A stretch of DNA of 64,000 bases. Source: Azolla caroliniana. Its lineage: Eukaryota; Plantae; Polypodiophyta. Made by a program: the position numbers and the translations under genes. The stretch spans positions 6,138,001-6,202,000 of the forward strand of contig JBHGNT010000022.1 in assembly GCA_043228905.1 (NCBI GenBank). Direction: 5' to 3'. Under the pieces are notes generated by a model. The model was given only the letters and a program-made list of their open reading frames with translations, was not told where the DNA came from and ran no database searches. Shown here one piece after another: positions 1 to 14,040 of the stretch; within the stretch, counting starts at the first letter, position 1, and each line of letters opens with the position of its first letter.

Positions 1-1279
1 CAAAAAGAAATTTGAAACTAGGAAAATTTGGTAACAAATAGCAAAAAGTGTACTTTCAATGGAAATATGATGCATTGAATCGGATTTCCATTAAATTTTA
101 TTTTTCAAATTTTTATTTATTTATTTACGAGAAAAATGAAAAATCACAAAAAAATTACAAAAAATAAGAAAATTTGGAAACAAATAAGAAAAAGTGAACA
201 TTGAATTGAAATCTAATGCAGTGCATTGGATTTCCATTGAAAATCCATTTGTAAATTTTTTTCACTTTTTAAAGATATTTTGAAAGTGGATTTTCAATTG
301 AAATCCAATGCAATGTATCATATTTTAGACTATGTAGCTAGAATTCGATGCAATACATTATGTGTTAGTTGAAAATGGAAGAGTTTTTTTTAATGGAAAT
401 TTAAAAAAATTTCCAAGACTTACAACAGGAATCTGATGCACTACATCCAATTCTAGATGTATAGAGTAAAATTCAACATGGTGGATCAAATCTAGATGGA
501 ATGAATTAGATTTTTGTATGACATCGAAGGCTTACTATGAGAATCTAAGAAAAAAGAAAAGCATCTTTACGACATCTTTTAGATTCTAATGATTTTGGTA
601 GAAAGCTTCTCTCACATAATCAAATATCGTAAATAGAAAGTACATAATTAAATATCATAACCAAAAAGTGAGGAAGAAAGATGCATCAAGCACATCTACT
701 CTTACATTGGATAATGTTTATATACTAGTGTATAACTTATCTTTGACCAGAATAAGTTATCTACGACAGACCACAATGAAGATACTAAAAGAGGATCTAG
801 AATGTGGCTTCAGACACAACACAAAGACAAACAAGAAGCATGACTCATAACCTCGATAAGGTTGGATTGCAATTGGATGAAGACAATGCATTAGTTGCCA
901 TTGATGATGAGGATGAAACCTCATAAACTCTTACTAGTTCATCTAATGGGTATGAAGATGATGGCATAAACTTGGAAAACAATTGTCCTGATACGTTAAC
1001 TATAAATATTGTATTGTACATCAAGATTTGGATTCATAAATTTCTATAAATATTGGTGTTAGTCATCTTCAACATTCATTTGTAAGTTTGGCATGTCCAT
1101 TATTTAGGCCTTTTTTTGAACACCTAAATTTCCATACATGCTAAAAATCAATATATTTTTGGGTCATTTTTAAAACTCCTTTATGCATGCGGCACCCCTT
1201 TTTGTGAATCACCCTAATTTGTGTCATTTTTTGATGGACAATTCTCAAAATGCGACATATTACCTGTTTCAAATGACCC
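1..1279. other. AT-rich degenerate sequence with short dispersed repeats, possibly a DNA-transposon remnant
   Basis: Recurrent AATC..ATGCA.T.CAT motifs in 60-460. No recognisable ORF or termini. Confidence 0.2.
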
Positions 1280-3004
1280 GATGTTCAAACCATTTTTTCC
1301 TACATTTCTTGGTGCATTTCCATGATGTGTGGTTGGTCAAAAAACATTTGTTTGTATAGGAGAGAATGACTTTCTTAAAAGCTTCCCATTTGCATTCTAG
1401 TGTGGCACCATCTTATATCTTTGTCATTTTTAACATATCCTCAACCATCTTGGAGTACATGGGCGCTCGCTTAAGGTTCATGCTCAAGTGCCGTTGTTTA
1501 CTATCATCAATGGCCTTCTTAGAATCAAACTTACACATGCATTTGAGATCAAGACATAAAGTCCTATGATCGGATTCTAATGTCCATTCCCCTAGTGAGA
1601 ATTTATGTATACAATCCAAAATACCTTCAGAAAGTAGCACATAGTCAATCACACTATTTCCATTGTGTTTTCTACATGTAAAACCATTAGTGTTGGGCCA
1701 TAAAGAAACACCATTTGCAATAAGCAATCCAGCACTATTGCATATTTGTAGGAGTATCTTCCCAAATTGGTCCGGATCTATTTCATTGCTAGAAGAGCGG
1801 CTATATATTTGCATATCCTCTTGCATCCTTGAGATATGTGGCATTAATGATTCTTGTGAGTCAAGTTGGAAACTTCTTGTACGAGCATTCATGTCACCAA
1901 AGACAATAACTTCCCCTTTGGATTTGAAATAAGCAATATCATCTTAAAGATTAGCAAAATGTTGATCTTTATCCAAACAAGAATAAAAGTTAGAATCTTG
2001 ATGAGGAATGTAACATCCAACTACAAAAGTGGGCAAATGCTTAGGTGTTTCTATTTTGAGCCATATGTAGCATTTAAGTTCATCATTTTTTACAATTGAC
2101 ACATATTTCTCTATTTCCTTCTTGATCAAACTGAGAGATAGGTAGATAGATTATATTATCGTCTTCAGAGGTCAAATATGACCTATGAAACCAAAAATAT
2201 TACATTTCACGTGATACATGTGAAGGTGAGTAGCGACTCTCGATGTTCAAGAACTTTACCAATGAATGTTGCAATTGAGAGTGCACATCATGGTTGTGAG
2301 AGAAATTCGTGCAAAGATTGGGCTCGATCGAAGAGATCTGGAAAGCATGGTCGAATATGATCAAAGGCAAAGCATTGTATCAAAGTGTGATACTCAGATT
2401 CTCGAACTTGTATAGGGCAAAGTGTGCATAGTCGGCCACTCTCATCACTTGTGTCCCAATGCCCCGTCTCACATCTCAATGTGTGCGAGCTAAGTCGCAT
2501 GGAAGCAATGGTTCCAATGGCAGATATCCGGATGGGCTCTAACATGTATTGATGTGTACGGCTTCCTCGTTCCGTGAAGAATATGGTTTTGTAATTAGGT
2601 ACAACATTTGTTGTATAGTGTGTGAAGCGTGAGCGACTACATTTGTCCCATGTCATGATACATTGGCGTTGCAAAAAGGCCTCATTTACAGAGGAATCTC
2701 GTGACGCATCATGAAGCAAGTGTCTTGCATCTCATCTACCAAACCATTTTTCTAAATCTTGCATCCACCCAGAACACAAAATTTTGTTTTTATGCATGTT
2801 TTGAATCTTTTTGCTTGCCTCCCATGCAATTCTAGGAAGTCAATGTGAAGGGTTTTTTTGAACCTTAAGCATGTATTCAACAACCCTTTCCATGGTCATG
2901 ATCTCAATGGGAAGCGATCCCATCTGAAGGAGGAGGAGGGCGTAGGGTGTTTCTTTCTTACCTTGTAGAAACTTTGTAACAAAATGTTTTTGGTCATTTT
3001 CAAA

Positions 3005-4174
3005 CTATTTCCACATAGATTTAACGATGCCACCGCCCCATACTTCCACCCCATAGAGAAGAACCGGGGTCACCAAAGTGTCAAAAAGATATTTCTTAAG
3101 GACCCAACACTTAATATCTCCAAGATTGCATGTGTTCTCAAATGCATAATATGCTCGCTTACCCGCCTCTAAGTGGCGTGTAGCATAGTCATTCCATTTA
3201 TGATTTGAAGGAACTTCAAGGCCAAGATATTTGAAGCTTTCCACATATTCAAGTGGCTCATTGTTGTACATAATGCATGGTTTATCTCTTTGTTGACTCT
3301 TCACAAGCATAATCTTTGTTTTAGAGCCATTGACACTTAATCTAGTATGCATGCAAAAAATTTCCAATGCCTTTATAAGCTTTTGTGCATCTCCTGAAGT
3401 GCTTGCAAAAAGCACTACATTATCCGCATATAACAAAAGCATAATCACAACATTCCCAATGGCAACTTCTTCAACACATTCGTCCTTTACAAACTTGGTA
3501 ACCATTTCTTCTAATTCAACAATGCATAGACCAAATAATGTTGGTGAGAGTGGGAATCTTTGCTTAACACCAATAGTGCGATTGAAAAAATCTGAAAGTC
3601 TATCTTTCATACATACACAACATATAACCTTCTCATATATTCGAGAAATTGCAAGCATATATTCACTTGGTAGCTCCAGTTCTTCCATTCGCCTCCAAAG
3701 ATGCTCACGAGGTACCATATCAAAAGCTTTCTTGAAGTCTAGAAAGCAACAATATAAACCTTTACCTCTAAGGCGACTTTCCTCCATTAATACTCGAAGA
3801 GTGACAAGATGATCAATGGTGCTATGGTATTTTTGAAAACCAACTTGTTCATAAGCTCTCTTACCATTTTTTTCAGCCCATACACTTATCTTTGATTCCA
3901 TAATACATCGAAATAGTCTTGCCATTACTGAGCAAACCATGATGGTTCGATAGTTGTTTACATTATTTACACCTCCACCTTTATGTAAATGTTTGAACCA
4001 ATTTGTAGTCCAATCATATGGCATACCATGTTGCAATGTATCATTAAACATATCGCATATCCATATATGTGCTTCCTTTCCCGTCCATTTGAGCATTTCA
4101 GCTTTTATACATTTAAGATCACTTGCATATATCTTCAATTGTAAAGAAGGGAGACATATGTGAAAGAGAACCAT
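3005..4174 (-). pseudogene. LINE reverse transcriptase domain, disrupted at both ends
   Basis: 389-aa ORF with non-LTR RT motifs (GF..YHSTIDH, DFKKAFDMV, GVKQ..PLSP.LF, YADN, YLG). Confidence 0.9.
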
Positions 4175-5451
4175 AACACATCATCTTTTTGGCAAGAGAT
4201 AACTCATATAAATTCTTACAATGCATAGACAAGCCATGAAGACTTAAGTCACCATAACTCTCAACACGTTTCCCCTTTAGATTTCCCTAAAGTTTAACAC
4301 ATGTATGTGCTTTCTCTTGCGTTTGGCTAAGTTGTGGAGTAACTTCCCATATTCATCTCTTTCTTTGAATAAGCCTTTTATAGTCATGCAAATGATTTTG
4401 GTAATTTTCTGTATCCTTAACTACATCAAAAACCGTAAGGCACTTTCGAGCTTCATTACATTCTTTATCAAACCATTTTTTCTTATATTTCTTGGTGCAT
4501 TTCCATGATGTGTGGTTGGTCGAAAAACATTTGTTTGTACAAGAGAGAATGACATTCATAAAAGCTTCCCATTTGCATTCTAGTGTGGCACCATGTTGTG
4601 TCTTTGTCATTTGTAACATATCCTCAACCATATTGGGATACATGGGCGCTCGCTTAAGATTCATGCTCAAATTCTTAGGTGTTTCTATTTTGAGCCATAT
4701 GTAGTATTTAAGTTCATCATTTTTTACAATTGACACATATTTCTCTATTTCTTTCTCCATCAAACTGAGATAGATAGATATATAGATAAATAGATAGATA
4801 GATTATATTATCGTCTTCAAAGGTCAAATATGACCTATGAGACCAAAAATATTACATTTCACGTGATACGTGTGAAGGTCAGTAGCGACTCTCGATGTTA
4901 AAGAACTTTACCAATGAATGTTGCAATCGAGAGTGCACATCGTGGTACTGAGAGAAATTTGTGCAAGGATTGGGCTTGATCGAAGAGATGTGGAAAGCAT
5001 GGTCAAATATGATCAAAGGCAGAGCATTGTATTAATGTGTGATACTCAGACTCTCGAACTTGTTTAGGGCAAAGTGTGCATAGTTGGCCACTCTCCCCAC
5101 TTTTGCCCCACCGGCCCGTCTCACATCTCAATGTGTGTGAGCTAAGTCGCATGGAAGCCATGGTTCCAATGGCAGATATCCGGATGGGCTCTAACATGTA
5201 TCGATGTGTACGGCTTCCCCGTTCCGCGAAGAATATGGTTTTGTAGTTACGTGCAACCTTTGTAGTATAATGTGTGAAGCGTGAGCCACCACATTTCTCC
5301 CATATCATGATGCCTTGGCGTTGCAAAAAGGCCTCATTTACAAAGGACTCTAGTGACACGTAATGAAGCAAGTGTCTTACATCCCATCTACCAAACCATT
5401 TTTCTAAATCTTGCATCCAACCGGAACACAATTTTTTTTGGTTTTATGCGT

Positions 5452-6219
5452 TGTCGTAGTGTATTTCGTACACTACGTGAAAAACTTATAAAGTACCGAT
5501 TTAATAAATATAAATAAATAGTAGAAAATATTAAAATATATATAACATGCATAGGGCAAGATTCAAACCTTGCACCTCCATGTTAATAATGTATGTCTTA
5601 CCATTACACTAGCATTTCATTAGTGTTCAAAAATAGATGTTCCACATAGAAAGCTTAGTTCACCTAGGATAAACTTTAGTTAAAAGAAAACGCATGCTAA
5701 AAGAAAAAGCTACGCATGCACATCTAGCGTGCGTGAACGCTATAGTTGATAAAAAACGCACAAGTTAGAAAAAGCATGATCACTTTAGATAAAGCATATA
5801 GTCTATCTATAGGAAAAGCATGGAGTCTATAGTTAGAAAAAAAAAAAAAAGCATGGACTCCCTCATCACTACATAAGGATGGGGAGCACAATGTAATAGG
5901 TGTGTGAAATATTTGGAAATTGGATATATTTCCGAAAACACCAACCGATTAATATAATCGTGGGATTCACGAAAATAATATAATCTATACTTGTGGGATT
6001 CACAAATTTCTTATATCTTTCTTTCAATCTAAATACATATTCTTATCTAAATATTGATTAATCGAATACAATACACTCGTGGGATTCACGAAATTTCTAT
6101 CTCTCTTTCTAATAATCTATTGATTACTAGCCTCATCTCATATTCTTCTTTCTCCTAGTCCAAAACCTCAGTGGTTCCCACCCGACTCACGCAACGATCC
6201 GGCGCCGAAAGGCACGACA
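5452..6219 (+). mobile_element. Solo LTR (Gypsy, related to the LTR of the 26362-56677 element) inserted in a LINE
   Basis: TGTCG...CACGACA termini. Flanks GCGT/ACGT. LINE sequence resumes on both sides. The 3' end resembles 27110-27174. Confidence 0.75.
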
Positions 6220-6750
6220 ACGTCTTTTGGATCTTTTTGCTTGCTTCCCATGCAATTCTAGTGGCTTTTTGGAAACTTAACCAGTTATTCAACATTCCTT
6301 CCATAATCATGATCTCAATGGGAAGCGATCCCGTCTCGAGTAGGAGGGTGTAGGGTGTTTGTTTCTTAACTTGTAGAAACTTTGTAACAAAATGTTTTTG
6401 AACATTTTCAAACTTTTTCCATGTAGATTTAGGGAGCTACCACCCCATACATCCACCCCATAGAGAAGAACCGGGGTCACCAAAGTGTCAAAAAGATATT
6501 TTTTGAGGACCCAACGCTTAATATCTCCAAGATTGCATGTGTTCTCAAATGCATAATATGCTCGCTTACCTGCCTCTAAGCGGTGTGTAGCACATTCATT
6601 CCATTTATGATTTGAAGGAACTTTAAGGCCAAGATATTTGAAGCTTTCCACACATTCAACTGGCTCATTGTTGTACATAATGCTAGTTTATCTTTTTCTT
6701 GATTCTTCACAAGCATAATCTTTGTTTTAGAACTATTGACACTTAATCTA

Positions 6751-7150
6751 GGGAGAGAGAGAGAGAGAGAGAGAATGGGAAACATTGTATTGCAGAGTAA
6801 AATGGAAATTTACAAGGAGTAGGCAATAGAGTGCTACAGTATGGCGTTGAACCAATTTAGGTTTAGGATGATTGATATATCCCTATTTATATGTAATAGA
6901 GAACACTCAAGAATATTCTAGGTCATCCTAGAATGTAGAGTAACCTAGAAGGTTTCTAGAGTATTCTAGAAGGTTCTAGTGTATAGAACACTCTAGTAGA
7001 GTAATATAGAATATTCCTATGATATTAGATTATATATTCTCAAAACTATACGTATATGCATATTATTACAATGGTTAAGGATTTGACATGTGTACAACAA
7101 GGTCGTGGGTTCAAATCCTTTTGAGGCATGATGTGAGTGTCCTCATGACA
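6751..7150 (-). mobile_element. 3'-truncated LTR of the Tcn1-like chromovirus family (compare 16517-16929)
   Basis: Starts TGTCATGAGG on the minus strand. Has a tRNA-like module, TTCTAGAA repeats, TATAAATAGG and a GGTTCAAC motif, as in 16517-16929. Confidence 0.75.
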
Positions 7151-8073
7151 GTACTAGTGCATCTTGTACGACCAAGATGCATAGTTGGATCTGTCGAGCT
7201 TTGTCAAAGTTAATACGCGGATGCTTTGACAAACCGGTTTCTCTGGATAGCAACACAGAGAATGGTAGCTTAAAAACAAAGAATACAAATGAGAGACAAA
7301 GAGAGAGTAGAAAGCATAAACTCTATTCAAACTAACAACACTCTGTACATACAAGGTGCTCCGTGAGCACTTTTATACAACTCCTTACACAGACTGACAG
7401 AAGTACTAACAAGTACTTCAATGCTCATTTGAGCGACTGACACTGACTCCCAAAAATACGCCTACATACTATGCTAGATTCGTAGGCCTCTAACGGCCTA
7501 CCGGTTACAGTCGGATTCGGCTCCTAGTTCTGGATACCTACCCAATTCTCCACTCCGGATACTGATCCGGCTTTGGCCTATTCAGACGATCAGAATCCGG
7601 TTGAGCTTGTTTGCTCAACACTCCCCCTCAAGCTAAACTTGAGGTCGGATCGTGGTGTCAGTGTTTCTGTCTGTCGATCCTTGCCTCTTGCTTGACCTGG
7701 TGTCCTCCCGCGTGGCTCACGCTCCTCGTCCGGTCTGGTTCGGCCTTCCGTGACTCGTCCGGTTTTGTGCTCCTCAACCTCCTCGGTCGGCATGTTTGCT
7801 CAAGAGGCCCATCTCAGCTCCCTCGCTATTTTGACTCCGGCGCTTGTCAACCCGTTGTCACCTCTGTATTGGCATTGACTTTTGCTACCTCCTCGTCCAT
7901 TTGACCTTGAGTTGATATGCCTCATCCGAATCAACCACCTCTTCTTAATCAGGTGCATCTGATTCATTCTAGCTCTTCTCCGAATTGGCTGTCTCCAATC
8001 CATCTTCGATTCCCAGACCTTTCACGACATCGGCCCACATCCGTGTCTTGGTCTTCTTTCCCTTTTTGTCTTT
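7151..8073 (-). mobile_element. Ty1/copia fragments: gag start (7151-7201), 3' LTR (7202-7620), PPT (7621-7629), 3' UTR
   Basis: KLDRSNYASWSYKMH matches the gag at about 18060. LTR begins TGTTGAGC, as at 17519 and 22698. PPT GAGGGGGAG. Confidence 0.8.
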
Positions 8074-9668
8074 TGTTACCTGTATAGGTGTACGAGAGGG
8101 TTAAGGTGTAATGTGTATGGTGTGTAAGGTCTAAGGTGTGTAATGTGTACTATGAATTAGTGTATGAGGATGAGTATGTGTATGAACGCATGCACAATTA
8201 TGTGCATCTGTACAAGAATTCGTAACGGTCTTATTTATAACGGTCATGTAACCGTTACATTGGATGTATTATATAAACCCCCTATGGGGCATGTAATGAA
8301 TATATCTTTTTCCCCTCTCATTTTTGTGTCATTTCTGATTTTCACTCTCCTTTTCTCTCTCTCTAACGTAACCCCCTTCGGTAGGGGGTGGAGCCATTCT
8401 AGGCTTCAACCCCCCACCTAACACTTTTGGCACGCCCGAATGGATGACCCCCTTGAGAGGAAGTCTATCATCACTCTCCCTCTCTATCACTAATCTCTGT
8501 GTCTCCCTCTTTGTTTGTTTGTTAATCTTTGTGTTAGAGAGTGTGTTTTTGTGCATACTCTTTGTATGCTGAATTGTTTCGATTAGTAACATATGATGAA
8601 TGACATATTCCGAGAATATCTAGATAACTTTGTTGTGATCTATCTAGATGATATCTTGGTCTTCTCTTAGAACATCGAGGAGCATACTCGACATGTCAGG
8701 TTAGTCCTCGCCAAACTTCGCGAGCACAGACTCTATGCTAAAAGTGAAAAATGTGAATTTGATCGTACAACTATAGAGTTTCTTGGGTATGTCTTTTCGA
8801 CACAAGGAATCACACGGAAAGTCAAGACTATCCAAGAGATGTGCAATCATTCCTTGGTCTTGCCAATTTTTATCGTCGCTTCATCAAAGGATTCTCAGTG
8901 ATCGCACAACCTCTTAGTTCTCTTAGCCGCAAGGATGCTACTTTCGAATGGACAAGAGCTGCCCAAAAGGCGTACGACTTGCTGAAACAAGCCTTTACTA
9001 TGGCATCGGTCCTTTTACATCTTGACCCAACTAAGACTTTCCAAGTCGAAACGGATGCTTCCAATTTCGCCATTGGGGCAATGCTCTCCCAGCCAGATGA
9101 GGTCGATGTGCTTAACCCGGTGACTTACTACTCCTGCAAATTCACAGCCCCAGAAACCAACTACCTCATATACGACAAGGAGCTTCTCACTATTATTGCT
9201 TCTTTTGAAGAATGGAGACCCTATTTAGTCGGGGCGCAACACCGTATCCAAGTGATTACCGATCATAAAAATCTAATATACTTTTCTACCACACAAACCT
9301 TAAATCGTAGACAGACACAATGGTCGACCTTCTTGGCAGACTATGATTTTGAGATAATCTTTCGACCCGACGCTCAACACACGACGACCAATGTCTTATC
9401 CCGTCAATCTAAGTTTGAGCTCACTCCGAAGGATGAAGCCTATGTTCAGCAGTCCTAGAGTTTGTTAAAGCCTAACCAATTCTACAACTTCGCGACTTGC
9501 TTGCTCCAGGTTGACTCTTTGCTCAAGCAAATAACAGAAGCCACTACGATTGACAAGTTCCCCACAGAGGTCAAGGAAAGTATCACAAACCCCTCCCATC
9601 AACCCAAAAGACTTGATTTAGCTCGTTTTACAATTCAGGATAATCTTTTGAATGTCCCAGAAGGTCCT

Positions 9669-12566
9669 TGTCATGGACACACCAACTGCGGACTAAGATG
9701 GAGCACGGATGATGAGGCTACGACAGAGCGATGACAGAATGACACAAGAGCATAAAGATAGAGATGAAGATTAAGGAGACAAGATGGGCGAAACGAGAAT
9801 ACCAGATTGATATGTCCATGACTAGCATTGTTCACCTTGAATTCCTTCAAGGTGAACTCAACTATTTATACTAAGTGGCATGCAGACCTGTTGCACGCAT
9901 GTGATACAATAGATCATGTAGGCAGTAGGTACGCATGCATGTGCCAAGTGTGAATAATACAAGGGACAAATTATGCACATGATGCTAGCTAAAACCTACA
10001 ATGAGGAAGTATATACAGGATTATATGCTAGATGTGTGGTTAACACATAACACTCGATTATAACATGGTTATGTCAAGAGTTCAAATCTTGACATTATCC
10101 CCCCTCCAACGATGCCTTCCCAAATCATTTGTCGGCTTAAGGGGATATTGTTGATGAAAATCTTAGATCACCTGCAAAGTATTTTGTAAATCTTAGACAA
10201 GGAATAACCCTTCCACAAGACGAGGTATTTAACACCAACGGGCATGATCAACCATGTGTGGTCCTCGCGTAGGATTGGACCACAAATATCAAAGGGTGTG
10301 AGCGACCATGTGCGGTCCTCACGAGGACCATCAACACCAATGGGCATGAGTGACCATGTGGGGTCCTTGCCGGGAACTGGAACAGTCCTCGCTGAGAGTT
10401 GGAACACGAACACCAACGGGCGTAACCATGTTGTCCTAACTGAGAAATGGAACACGAACGAGTGAGTGACCATGAGGCCCTCACCGGGAATGGGAACACG
10501 AATGGGAGTAATCGAGTATGTGTGGTCCTCACTGGGAACTGGAACATGAACAAGAACAGGCACAACCAACCATGTCGCTCCTCACAGGGATGTGGAACAC
10601 GAACAATAGTTGGAGTGAGCGACCATGTGCGGTCCTCACCGGGAACAGGAACACGAACGCGAGTGAGCGGCCATGTGCGGCCCTCACCGGGAAGAGGAAC
10701 ATGAACGGGTGTGAAGGACCATGTGGCCGTCACTAAGAACTCGAACACGAACGAGCGTTAGCGACCATGCGGCCCTCACCGGGAACTCGAACACGACCGT
10801 GTGTGAGCGACCATGTGGCCCTCACCGGGAACTCTAACACGATCAGGTGTGAGCGACCATGCGGCCCTCACCAGGAACTGGAACACGAACACCAACGAGA
10901 GTGAGTGGCCTTGGGCGGCCCTCACCGGGAACTGGAACACGAACATCAACGGGAGTGAGCGGCCTTGTGCGCTCCTCATCGGGAACTAGAACACGAACAC
11001 AAACGGGAAAGAAACTAAAAAATAGAGACAATGATGACAAGAAACTAAAAGCCAATGAAAATGATGAGAAGAAACTAGGAGATAGAACTGGCGAGGAAGA
11101 AAGGAAATGAAGCGATGTTGATGATGGTAGGGTCACGATGGTAGCTATAGAAGCAAGGCCGATGACGGAGACAGGTGATGTTCATAGTTTGTAAATCCTA
11201 GACAAGGAGTAACCCTTCCACAAGACGAGGTATATAACACCAACGGGCATGAACGACCATGTGTAGTCCTCACCCAGGATTGGAACACAAATATCAACGG
11301 GTGTGAGTGACCATGTGCGGTTCTCACGGGGAGCATGAACACCAAGGGGCATGAGTGACCATGTGGGGTCCTTGCTAGGAACTGGAACAGTCCTCGCTGA
11401 GAGTTGGAACACGAACACCAACGGGCGTGAGCAACCATGTTGTCCTCACCGAGAAATGTAACACGAATGAGTGAGTGACTATGTGGCCCTCACCGGGAAT
11501 AGGAACACAAACGGGATTAATCGACCATGTGTGGTCTTCACCGGGAACTCGAACATGAACAACAACGGGCATGAGAGACCATGTCGGTCCTCACCGGGAT
11601 CTGGAACACGAACAATAAATGGAGTGAGCGACCATGTGAATTCCTCACCAGAGACTGGAACATGAACAGGAGTGACCGACCATGCGGCCCTCACCGAGAA
11701 CAGGAACACGAACGGGAGTGAGCGGCCATGTGCAGCCCTCACCAAGAATAGGAACACGAACGGGCGTGAGCGACCATGCGGCCCTCACTGGGAACTCGAA
11801 CACGAATGAGCATGAGCGACCATGCGGCCCTCACTGGGAACTCGAACACGAACGTGCGTGAGTGACCATGCGGCCCTCACCTGGAACTCGAACACAATTG
11901 TGTGTGAGAGACCATGCGGCCCTCACCGGGAACTTGAACACGAACACCAACGGGAGTGAGCAGCCTTGTGCAGACCTTAATGGGAACTGGAACACGAACA
12001 CCAATGGGAGTGAGTGGCCTTTTGTGGCCCTCACCAGGAACTGGAACATGAACACCAACAGGAGTGAGCGGCCTTGTGCGCCCCTCACTGGGAATTAGAA
12101 CACGAACACGAACAAGAAAGAAACTAAAAAATAGAGACAATGATGACGAGAAACTAAAAGCCAATGAAAATGATGAGACGAAACTAGGAGATAGAAATGG
12201 TGAGGAAGATAGGAAATGACGTGATGTTGATGATGGTACGGTGACGATGGTAACTCTAGAAGCAAGGGCGATGACAAAGACGGGTGATGCTTCTGGTTGG
12301 AAGGTTAACAAACTGTCACGAACACACCAAGCGCGGACTAAGACGGAGCACGGATGATGAGGCTACGACGAAGCGATACAATAGAGCATGTAGGCAGTAG
12401 GTACACATGCATGTGCCAAGTGTAAATAATACAAGGGAGAAATTATGCACATGATGCTAGCTAAAACCTACAATGAGGAAGTATATATATAATTATATGG
12501 TAGATTTGTGGTTAACACATAACACTCGATTATAACATGGTCATGTCAAGAGTTGGAATCTTGACA
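9669..12566 (-). mobile_element. Non-autonomous LTR retroelement (LTRs 9669-10094 and 12314-12566) filled with tandem repeats
   Basis: TG..CA LTRs. TSD GTCCT/ATCCT. PPT GGAGGGGGGATAA at about 10095-10107 (minus). No gag/pol. The host integrase reads through (VPEGPCQTRV) once the insert is removed. Confidence 0.85.
10185..12290. repeat. Two ~1-kb direct repeats, each built from a ~40-50 bp minisatellite
   Basis: Recurrent unit CCATGCGGCCCTCACCGGGAACTGGAACACGAACACCAACGGGAGTGAGCGA. Higher-order copies at about 10185-11180 and 11185-12290. Confidence 0.9.
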
Positions 12567-14040
12567 ATCCTTGTCAAACAAGGGTGCTTCACGAGTCTCA
12601 CGATGATCCACTTGTTGGTCATTTTGGCGTTGCGAAAACCTTGGAGTTGATATCTCGGGGATACTAGTGGCCACAACCATGGAAATTGGTCAAAGAGTTC
12701 GTTAAGTCATGCGACGTTTGTGCTTGCTCGAAAGTATCTCATCATCGACCATATGGTCTCCTCCGCCCTCTCCCAATCCCCAAACGGCCTTGGGCCTCTC
12801 TTTCCATGGATTTCATCACTGACCTTCCCTTTGTTGGTTGTTTTGACTCGGTATTCGTCATGGTCGATCGCTTCACCATGATGGCTCATTTTGCTCCATG
12901 TGCCAAAACCATTACCGGAGAGGAGACAACCAATTTTTTTTTCAAAAATGTGGTCGACTACATGGACTCCCGAAAGATATCACTTCTGATCAAGGACCAC
13001 AATTTGTTTACAATTTCTAGCGGCGCCTTCTGCAAACCTTCGGTTGTACTGTGAATCTATCTTCCGCTTATCATCCACAAACCGATGGACAAACAGAGTG
13101 GGTTAACCAAATCTTGGAACAATACTTCCGGTGCTCTCTTAGTTACCAACAAGACAACTGGGTTGACCTCCTCCCACTTGCCGAGTTCACCTACAACAAC
13201 TCTTTGCATGCATCTACGGGAGTTACTCCATTTTTCGCCAACTACGGTCTCCACCCCCGCTTCAACATTTCGTTTCCCTCAAACTCTGTCAATCCTTCTG
13301 CGGAGGATGGGGCACCTCACTTGCTAAGTTCACCTACAACAACTGTTTGCATGCATCTACGAGAGTTACTCCATTTTTCGCCAACTACGGTCTCCATCCC
13401 TGCTTCAACATTTCTCCTCCCTAAGAATCTATCAATCCCTCTACGGAGGACCGGGCACGTCTCTTGGAGGATGTACATCACAATCTTTCCTTGGAGCTCA
13501 CCCTCACTGGTGAACGCTACAAGGAGCAAGCTGACCGTCATCGCTTAGATGCTCCCCAGTTCGAGGTAGGAGACTTTGTTTGGCTTCTCTGTCGCAATAT
13601 TGTCACCACTCATCCTTGTCCGAAGCTTGATTACAAGAAGTTAGGCCCTTTCTGAATCATTGAGAAAATTGGTTCCATGGTTGTCCGCTTAGAGCTACCA
13701 TCCCACTTTCGTATTCATAATGTATTCCATGTCTCCCTTCTAGAACCTCACCATATATCTGAAATCCCCAATCACCACCCATCTCCTCGTCCACCCATCA
13801 AGCTCTCAACCGAAGAAGAATATGAGGTCGAACAAATTCTCGACTCTCGTCTCTTCCGTCGCCAGCTTCAATTCCTTGTCCTCTAGAAAGGGTACCCAAT
13901 CTCTGAAGCAACATGGGAGCCGGGATAAGCATGCCCCGGACATAGTTCGAGCATTTCAAGAACTTTATCCACAAAAACCGACCGCGGGTCCAAGGAGACG
14001 GCCTTAGAGGGAGGATATTGTCATAAACACGATGCCACAT

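Larger units (their letters stand above)
1280..6750 (-). mobile_element. Head-to-tail array of three 5'-truncated, degenerate non-LTR retrotransposon (LINE, RTE/RTEX-like) units
   Basis: AP-endonuclease pieces (GDMNART, SVIDY..SDHR; 1413-2129). RT at 3005-4174 (NYRTI, FLDFKKAFD, LLYADN, FKYLG). C-terminal CCHC motif (RLCTLCP..ESEYHTLIQC) at 2288-2719 and 5003-5431. (TCTA)n 3' tails at about 2132-2152 and 4766-4803. Confidence 0.85.

Noticed and set aside
3330-3812. Antisense and other short ORFs in the supplied track
   Set aside because: Shadow frames of retroelement coding regions or low-complexity LTR sequence.
10185-12290. CRISPR-like array
   Set aside because: The units are contiguous degenerate tandem repeats without unique spacers, in a eukaryotic retroelement context with no cas genes.
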